A stretch of DNA of 47,724 nucleotides, filler included, from Stramenopiles sp. TOSAG23-2 (Eukaryota), in the NCBI GenBank assembly GCA_900128395.1. It is 2 parts of 2 records of this genome, joined end to end, with 100 filler letters (N's around TTAATTAATTAA, not from the genome) between each part and the next. Parts side by side here need not be neighbours in the genome. Positions count along the whole stretch, not along the records: positions 23,935 to 47,724 come from LT649481.1; 1 more part is not named here. The stretch is one strand, 5' to 3'. A program made the position numbers and the translations under genes. Positions 40,701-47,724 of this stretch are shown here, in pieces. Below the pieces are notes generated by a model. The model was given only the letters and a program-made list of their open reading frames with translations, had not been told where the DNA came from and searched no databases. Within the stretch, counting starts at the first letter, position 1, and each line of letters starts with the position of its first letter.

Positions 40701-43055
40701 TTGGTCCATTAGTTTAACAAATTCATCGTTAACGCTTGTTTTTGGTACATCCAATGTTTTTGCTACCAGCTCTCTCATAGCCTCAAGCCCCATTGTGCCT
40801 AGTTCAAGAAATGTAATTGCGCTATTTTCCTTCAAAGCGGCAAGAATTCTTGAAAATTTAACACGATCATCATCTTCTAACCATTCATCCTCAATTTTGT
40901 CTTCGCTTGCATCGTTGAATCCTTCTGTGCCACTTTGTCCGCCACCCTTCAGTTGTGATTCTGCATTTGGTGGTCGCGTTACAATCATTACCATACTCTT
41001 ACCCGCAAGCTGCGGTAATACCATTTGTAACATAATCCATGATTGTGAATCAATCCAATGTGCATCTTCAAATACAAATACAGTATTGTCCATAGCTTGG
41101 AATATCTTTAAAACTACTTGCGCGCACCGAGCTTCCAGTTGCCCATGTTCAAGCTGTTGGCCATTTTCATCTCGCTTCGCTAAAGTTGGAAGCATGATTC
41201 CCAACGAATTTACGTCACCTTCATCTAGCTCATATGTATGCTTCAAAGCTAATACTTCGCCATAGCTTGGGCTAGACGATAAATTTGCAGCAGCGCAGAA
41301 TATCTGAGCAAATGCAAAATAAGGTGTTTGCTTTTCAATTGCTGATCCTGTACCCATTAAATAACGAATGTTTTGGTCAATTGATTCACGCTGTAATTGC
41401 CACACAATTGCACTTTTACCCATACCAGCTAAACCTTCCAAAATGTACGCACCACCTTTTTTTTCCTCTGTCAATTGTTTTAATCCAGCTCTCAACACCA
41501 TCATTTCTTGCTCACGTCCAACAAAAACTGTATTTTCCCATTCTTCAGCTGATTTATGTCTTACAGCACCAGCTTTTCTGCCATACGGGGTTAATGCACG
41601 GAATACACCATCTTTGCCTTTGACTTCAATTGGATTCGACATATCATACCCAATGTAATTTTTTGTTGCATTGTACACGCGTTCACTCACAAGTGCTGAT
41701 CCGACTTTGGCTTTTCCCATCAATCTTGCAGCCATATTTGTTTCTGCTCCCATTACAACAAAATCACTGCGTGATGGATGCCCACATACCCCTGTGAAAC
41801 ATTGGCCCATACTAATACCAATTTTACAAGGAGACCCTAAAGATCCACACGCAGCTTTAGCTTCCAAAGCAAACAAAACTGCACGCAATGCATCAACTTC
41901 TGTAATTTGGGTTATACCCCAGCATGCTATTAATGTACATCCTTTGTCTTCGAATAAAAAATCACGCATTAAACCTTCAAATTTGGCTAAAACAGATTTT
42001 AACGCAGAATACACATCATTAAGATTAGCCTCATTGACACCATCCATTTTTACTGCTTCCTTTGCTAAACTAGGTAGTGAAAGGAAAAGAACTACAACAC
42101 GCCTTTGCTCATTTTGAAATTTTATTCCATCGCCTTTCGCTTGAACTATTGGTGGTATGTACGAATATGCCAAGTCCGGGCACGTTGCCAACTCCACCAT
42201 GTATTTGTCGACAATAGTAGCCCGTCTGGCAGATTGTGTTCGCTGAATTTCAGCTTGTTCTTCCGTTTGTTCCTCTTCATCTATTAAATCTGATAGCTTC
42301 GTATCACGAGTAATAGTTGTACCACCATATGCCTTTATAACACCAGCTTTTGCTTTATCCAGAAGGCTAGACGCTATTTTTATAGGTCTACCTGCAATTA
42401 CAAACCATCGCTGCTTTGACCTTTCGTATTCTTTTTTAGACATTGTCAGTCGCGAATCATCAATTTTTTTCATTCGTTGCCTTGCACTATTTGACCGCGG
42501 TGATGAACCACGAAGTTCTTTTAAATGAATTCTTTGCGTTGGAGCTGCACCAGATAAGCCACCATGTAGGTCGAGAAGTGGATTTGTTTCAATAATAACT
42601 TTCAGTAGACTTAATGCGCATTGTTTTCCGCGGTTCAACGATGCTTCATCGTCCTCTGCTTCAATTTCTTCTGGTAATGAGGTAAATAGACATATTAAAC
42701 AGTCGCCTGCTATTTTGACTACTTCCCCTTCGAACTTATGCACTACATTGACCAAAGCACTAATTGCTTCTGACACTTGAGTTGCAAACTCTTCTGAGCC
42801 CTTACTATCACCGTGTTCGGCTGTCAATTTTTCACCTAATGCAGTGAAACCAGAGATATCAGCTAATAAAACACATGCTTGTACTAATGTTTTAGTCGGT
42901 GCATCGGGTAACTTTCCTCTCTCTGCTATTTCTATGCGCACAGATCTTGGAATAAATCCAGCTTGTTGAACAGTCAAATATTGTTGCTCACCACTCTCGC
43001 TTGTTTTTTTCTCACTGCCTGGTAAATCCAAGTCTACTTTATATTTTTCTGCCAT
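37710..43055 (-). CDS. Soluble adenylate cyclase (ADCY10/sAC-like) STAND protein with C-terminal SCP2 sterol-carrier domain; 2 exons (43055-40140, 40070-37710), ~1758 aa
   Basis: C1: LLADISGFTAL and VVKIAGDCL (two metal-binding Asp). C2: FLFEDKGCT and GAETNMAARLM. P-loop GLAGMGKS, Walker B VFVFEDAHWID, AGGIPMY, FTHQII. Then a helical TPR-like region, coiled coil, and SCP2-like ANATISMTLETFGKLRSKELDFMTGMGQQLIKIDGDMAVLMGMQ. Confidence 0.9.
40071..40139 (-). other. Predicted 69-nt intron joining the two cyclase-gene ORFs
   Basis: Phase-0 GTAAGT donor, CTCTAAC branch-like site, TACAG acceptor; contains the in-frame TAA at 40086-40088; splicing gives ...NAAIKA|LDIGAYKECVNSLSQAI... Confidence 0.9.
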
Positions 43056-43843
43056 TAGATACTTTTCAGTAAATTATTAAAATAATAAAGGTTATGAACT
43101 TTATGATATGTAAAAGGTAAGAGGAAAAGACAATCAAATATACTGAGCAGGTATTATATATTATAAATTAAAATATGATCTTATCAAATTATGATAGATT
43201 TATATTATGTTTGTTTTGCACATATTAATATACACAAAAGTGTTTGTATTTATTATTTGTGTGTGTTTGATTCATTTTCTTTCTTTATTACGTTGGGTTT
43301 TAGTGATAGAAGTGGTTCTGTTTTTAGTTCTGTGTAGTGCTATTTTTTGGGGTTTGACCATTTGGGTGTGAAGATCTTCCTGCTGGTCTGGGGTCAGAGA
43401 GAGAATTTCTGTATTTTGTTTTGGATTTTGGATTTTGGATTTTGGAGTTAAATATTATAATTAAGGTTTAATTTTTGTCGAGTTAAAAAAAAAATCAGAC
43501 TGAAAAAATGTGAAAAAATAAATCGGTTCACGCGTGCAACATGCAACAGACTTCCAACTTTATTGACAGACTATTAATATATAAGACGACTCTTTCTTAA
43601 TTATAATAGTGCATAAAATAAAAATCATACTTACTTCAATTTTACAAAAGTAAATCACAAAACAAAAACCATCCATCTATCATTTATCAATCACCCATCC
43701 CTTGATATAAACATTTCCTATAAGCAAATCATCAAACAAATCATAGAAATTTGTAATAAATATATATCCTTCTGGTTCAGACCGTTATATCAAGTATATA
43801 TATATATATATTATTACCATTTTACTACTGCATAATAATAATA

Positions 43844-45786
43844 ATGTCTTCGTCTCCAACCTCGTCGTCCAACAATCGAAATAATAATGAAAAAAAGAAA
43901 AATGTAAATAATAAGAAGAATAACAACAATAAAAAACGAAGTAAAAGAAATAAACCACATGATATTTCTCATAATATATTAACTCCAGAACTTGTCGTTC
44001 AAACTGCAGATGAAGAATCGAAACTATTAAATGAGATAAAAGAGGAAGATGGTTTATTAAGTATTACACGTCCAAATAGTAGAATAGAAGATTTTTTATT
44101 ACGAAGTGCTGCAAGTAGTGCTAGTATAAGTAGCCAGTATTCAGATTTAAGGAATGAATTTTCAAAATATTCAAGACCTCGTTCTGGTAAAGATGATGAT
44201 TGGAGGGGTAGTCCAACTGGTTTCTCCCCTAGAAGTAGAGGTAGAGCAGTATCGCGTGGTTTAATGTTCGGTGGTAGGCCAAGCACAAGGGGAAGTTTAG
44301 GTGATCTTGAATATAATATGAGTGGTGATGGTGAAGAGGAGTATGATGATGATGATGATGAGGCAAGTCATGCAAGCGATATTGAAAATGAGGATCTAGA
44401 TGCTATTAAAAGTAGATATCGAAAAAATGTCCATCTATCATTATTACGAGTTTCATGTACCACAATACAATTGCGTTGTGAAAATCCAGACGAAGATCAT
44501 TTGCAACTGTCTGAAGATGGTATTGTATGGCGTTCAATTTATTGGGTGAATGAACCTCGATTTTTGTCAAGAACAATAACATGTTTACTACCAGGTCAGC
44601 GATATTTTTTCAGATTAGAACAAAACGATTCAGTCCCAGAAATAGAATGTCAAACATTGTTGTTTCCATCTCGTCCACCAATACCAACCGCATGGAAAGT
44701 AGGCAGGGGTATGCCAGTACCAATTGTTGTAACAACTGATTTTATATCAGTCTCGTGGATGAATCCACCAGATGTTCAGCAATGGGAAATGGCTATTGCA
44801 ATTGGAATAGATGGTCCACATGGTTTAGAACCTGGTACGTGGAAACGTTGTGGTAATGTGGGTGGTCATGGTCAACATGGTATTGCTGAACCAGGTCGAA
44901 TGTTTTTTGAATTTCCTGGTTTGAGAGCAAATCAAACGTATTTTATACGTATACGATTTAGAAACAATATGGGATGGAGTAAAAGTAGTAAACCATTAGA
45001 AGTAAGCACGGCAAAAGGGGAGACGGCATCTGCACCAAAAAATTTTGTGATTCTTCAACCTGTCTATTTTTCGTACGTAACATTGGAATGGTTACCACCT
45101 CGTAGTGATGGAGGTATACCGTTAATAGAAGCTATTGTTGAATACGTGGAAGTTGAAAAAAAAGATGAAGATGGTAAAGGGGAAAAGCATAAGAAAATCA
45201 TTCTTGGTGACAGTGATGATGAGGATGCTGATGAAAAAGCTAATGTATTAGAATTAGAGGAAATGAAAATTCGTAAGAAAATACAAACGCTTTCAGCTGG
45301 TTTAAATACGAAATTTGTTGTTCCAGATTTAAAACCAAATACGGTATATCAATTCAGAGTAACATATAGAAATGAAAGGGGCATTGGGGCATATTCATCA
45401 GTGTTACAAGCAAAGACATTAAAGTTTTGGGTACCATCACCACCAAAAGCACCAAAATTACAAATAATTAATGGTACTAGTGTGAAGATTGATTTTGATT
45501 TGCAATATCATGATCATTGCATTGAGTATGAAGTGCAATATTCAAAAGATAAAATGTTTCGTTGGACATCCGGTGGTAAAGGTACAACATCTCCAATGAT
45601 TATAGATGGGCTTGAAGATTTTGAATATTATTTTTTCCGTGTGAAAGCTAGGAATAAACGTGGATGGTCTCGTGGTGGGGAACCAGTAATTGGTAAGACT
45701 ACTGCTAATAAGGCCGATAATAAAGCACCAAAATTAGAATTAGGTTTCGTGAAACATACGCCAACAACGGTGACATTAGAATGCAA

Positions 45787-45839
<53 letters not shown>

Positions 45840-47269
45840 CTGCTGATGCTAAAATAGACACCGATGTAAATAGCAATCGTAGTCATAATATTATTCAAAG
45901 TCCTATTCGTCATCGTCGTAGTATGAGCAGAAATAACAAACATAGAAGATCTTCTTTATTGTTGCGGGATCAATCCTTATCATCTACAATGTTTTCATCT
46001 ACGACATCCCTATTGAATAGCGAAGATGAAAATAAGAACGAAAAGTGTCTTAAATATCAAATTGAATATTCAACAGATTCCAAAGCAAAAACTGGATGGA
46101 AAAAATCAGAACATACAGGCCATAAAGGTCATGTAAAAATACGTGGTTTACGCCCAGCTATGTTATATTTTGCAAAAGCACGATCACAAAGTAAAGCCAA
46201 GCAATGGTCAAAATTTTCCAATGTTTTTTCTTTTATTACGCGAGATTACAACGAAAATGAAAATGTTCTAGTACGTGGAGAAGGTCCGTGGGAGAAAGAT
46301 GAAGGATTTTATCCAGCAATAATATTAAAAGTCTTGAAGCCTGGTGAATATTACTCTATTCAACGTGAAGGTAGAGGTTTCAGGGAAGATGTCGTACATC
46401 GAGATTTTATTAAAGAAATTGCCATTCGTAAAAATTTACATGCATTTGGTCGTGTTGGTAGATTATTGGCAAGATCACGTTCTATTCATGTAGAAAAAGA
46501 AGATGTGGAAGAAACCATTGAAGTTCTAGAGTCAAAAAAAACTGTTCGTCCAGGTATACGTGGTGTTTGGTTGTATGGTACACATCAAAATCACAAAACT
46601 TTGAAAAAAGATCGATTTGGTCGTGGACGTGATGGTAGATTATTAACACGTTCGCGTACAATGGCTGGTAGAAAAATTAATAAAGCAACTACACAAATTG
46701 GTAAAAAAGCTAATCTACGTTCCATGTCGCAGAAAGACTTATTTCATCATAAACATGAAGAAACTAATAATTATTTATCTCTAAAAGGATTACCACATGG
46801 CACTATTGTCCAATTATCAAAAGTTGATATACGTAACGATCGTACAAGAATGGATCGTGATCATGAAAAAGATGGTTTGGAAGAATCAAGAAAGAATTTA
46901 CGTAAAAATGAACGTGGTGTTTTCTATAGAATGACCAGGCCAATACATTTATTACGAGAAATTCATCGAAAAAATACAGCAAAGAAAAATACAGAGACAC
47001 GTAAGCGTGAAATGAATCATTCGTTAAAAACAAGAGGCAAAGAAAAACATGTACAAACAAACAAGAAATTGTATCGATATATTTCACCTATTAAAGATCA
47101 AAGTGTTACGATGGTTGAAAATGAACGTATAAGATATGAAAACGAGGTAAATGAATGGAAGGAGAAGGAAACCATGGCTATGAGGGATGAAGAGGCTACG
47201 AAGAAACAATTTGAAATTGATTTGCATAAAACAAGACATAATAATGCAAGTATTAAATATTCGAAATAA
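43844..47269 (+). CDS. Intracellular fibronectin type III repeat protein with a Tudor/Agenet-like module
   Basis: About five FN3 units (LLPGQRYFFRL; GLRANQTYFIRIRFRNNMGWS; VTLEWLPPRSDGG...LKPNTVYQFRVTYRNERGIG; GLEDFEYYFFRVKARNKRGWS; GLRPAMLYFAKARSQ). No signal peptide or TM segment. WEKDEGFYPAIILKV...YYSIQ resembles a Tudor-like barrel. Confidence 0.88.
45788..45838 (+). repeat. (AGT)17 coding microsatellite (poly-Ser)
   Basis: Uninterrupted AGT run within the FN3 gene. Confidence 0.95.
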
Positions 47270-47724
47270 AAGAAATTAATTGGGATCAAAAATGTTTATT
47301 TCCTTCCTCCGCTGATTTCTTTTCGTTTCTTGGTTTATCAGAGAGAAAAAAATAAAACAATCATCTTTGTTTGCAGAAAGTGGTGAGCTGGCAAAATCGA
47401 AATAAATGATATATAAACTAATTTTTTAATCAAAAAATATTTTCTTCTCTCAAGTACAAAAAATACCTAATCTGGCCTATCAAATATATCAAACACTACA
47501 AATCTACTGAGTATATGAAAAGGACTATATTAAGTATAAATATGATAGGAAATGAAAAACAGAAAACATGGCAGAAAAACACAATTTTCAAGTGTAAAAT
47601 GTTGAAAGGCCTGTGTCCATGCTAATTTCTAGATGCTATTTCCATATATTAAAAAAACTTCATAGGAAAAATTATCATTACTATAGAAAATAACAAAAAA
47701 TCTCCATACTATAGTTTTAAGTCA

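Noticed and set aside
7227..43055. Functional module of a cNMP-binding SulP transporter plus a bicarbonate-type soluble cyclase
   Set aside because: The genes are ~27 kb apart and on opposite sides of the artificial linker; co-occurrence in this window is not evidence of linkage.
43419..43446. (TTTTGGA)4 as an interstitial telomeric repeat
   Set aside because: Only four copies and not a telomere unit I can support for this organism; treated as a simple repeat.

Overview
AT-rich, gene-dense, intron-poor eukaryotic DNA using the standard genetic code, with many poly-Asn/poly-Gln tracts. It looks like a protist, possibly a marine stramenopile-type assembly; the lineage is inference only. The window is two sequences joined by an artificial 100-bp linker (44 N + TTAATTAATTAA + 44 N, 23835-23934), so adjacency across that point is not evidence of biological linkage. 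About 22 protein genes are supported. Recognisable ones: C2HC zinc-finger protein, SulP-STAS-cNMP transporter, DNA2 nuclease-helicase, limonene-epoxide-hydrolase-like protein, SET protein, PIG-M, aldo-keto reductase, glucosidase II beta, AIF/FSP1-like oxidoreductase, HAD hydrolase and an FN3 protein. I reconstructed four spliceosomal introns that the ORF track misses. The strongest candidate for something new appears only after splicing: ORFs 40086-43055 and 37710-40043 join into one ~1758-aa soluble-adenylate-cyclase-type STAND protein ending in an SCP2 sterol/lipid-carrier domain, a candidate lipid-sensing cyclase. Second is a fusion of a class II aldolase/adducin-like domain with a short SET domain (24349-25488). 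I recognised no RNA genes, CRISPR arrays or intact mobile elements. All family calls come from motif recognition by eye; no searches were run.
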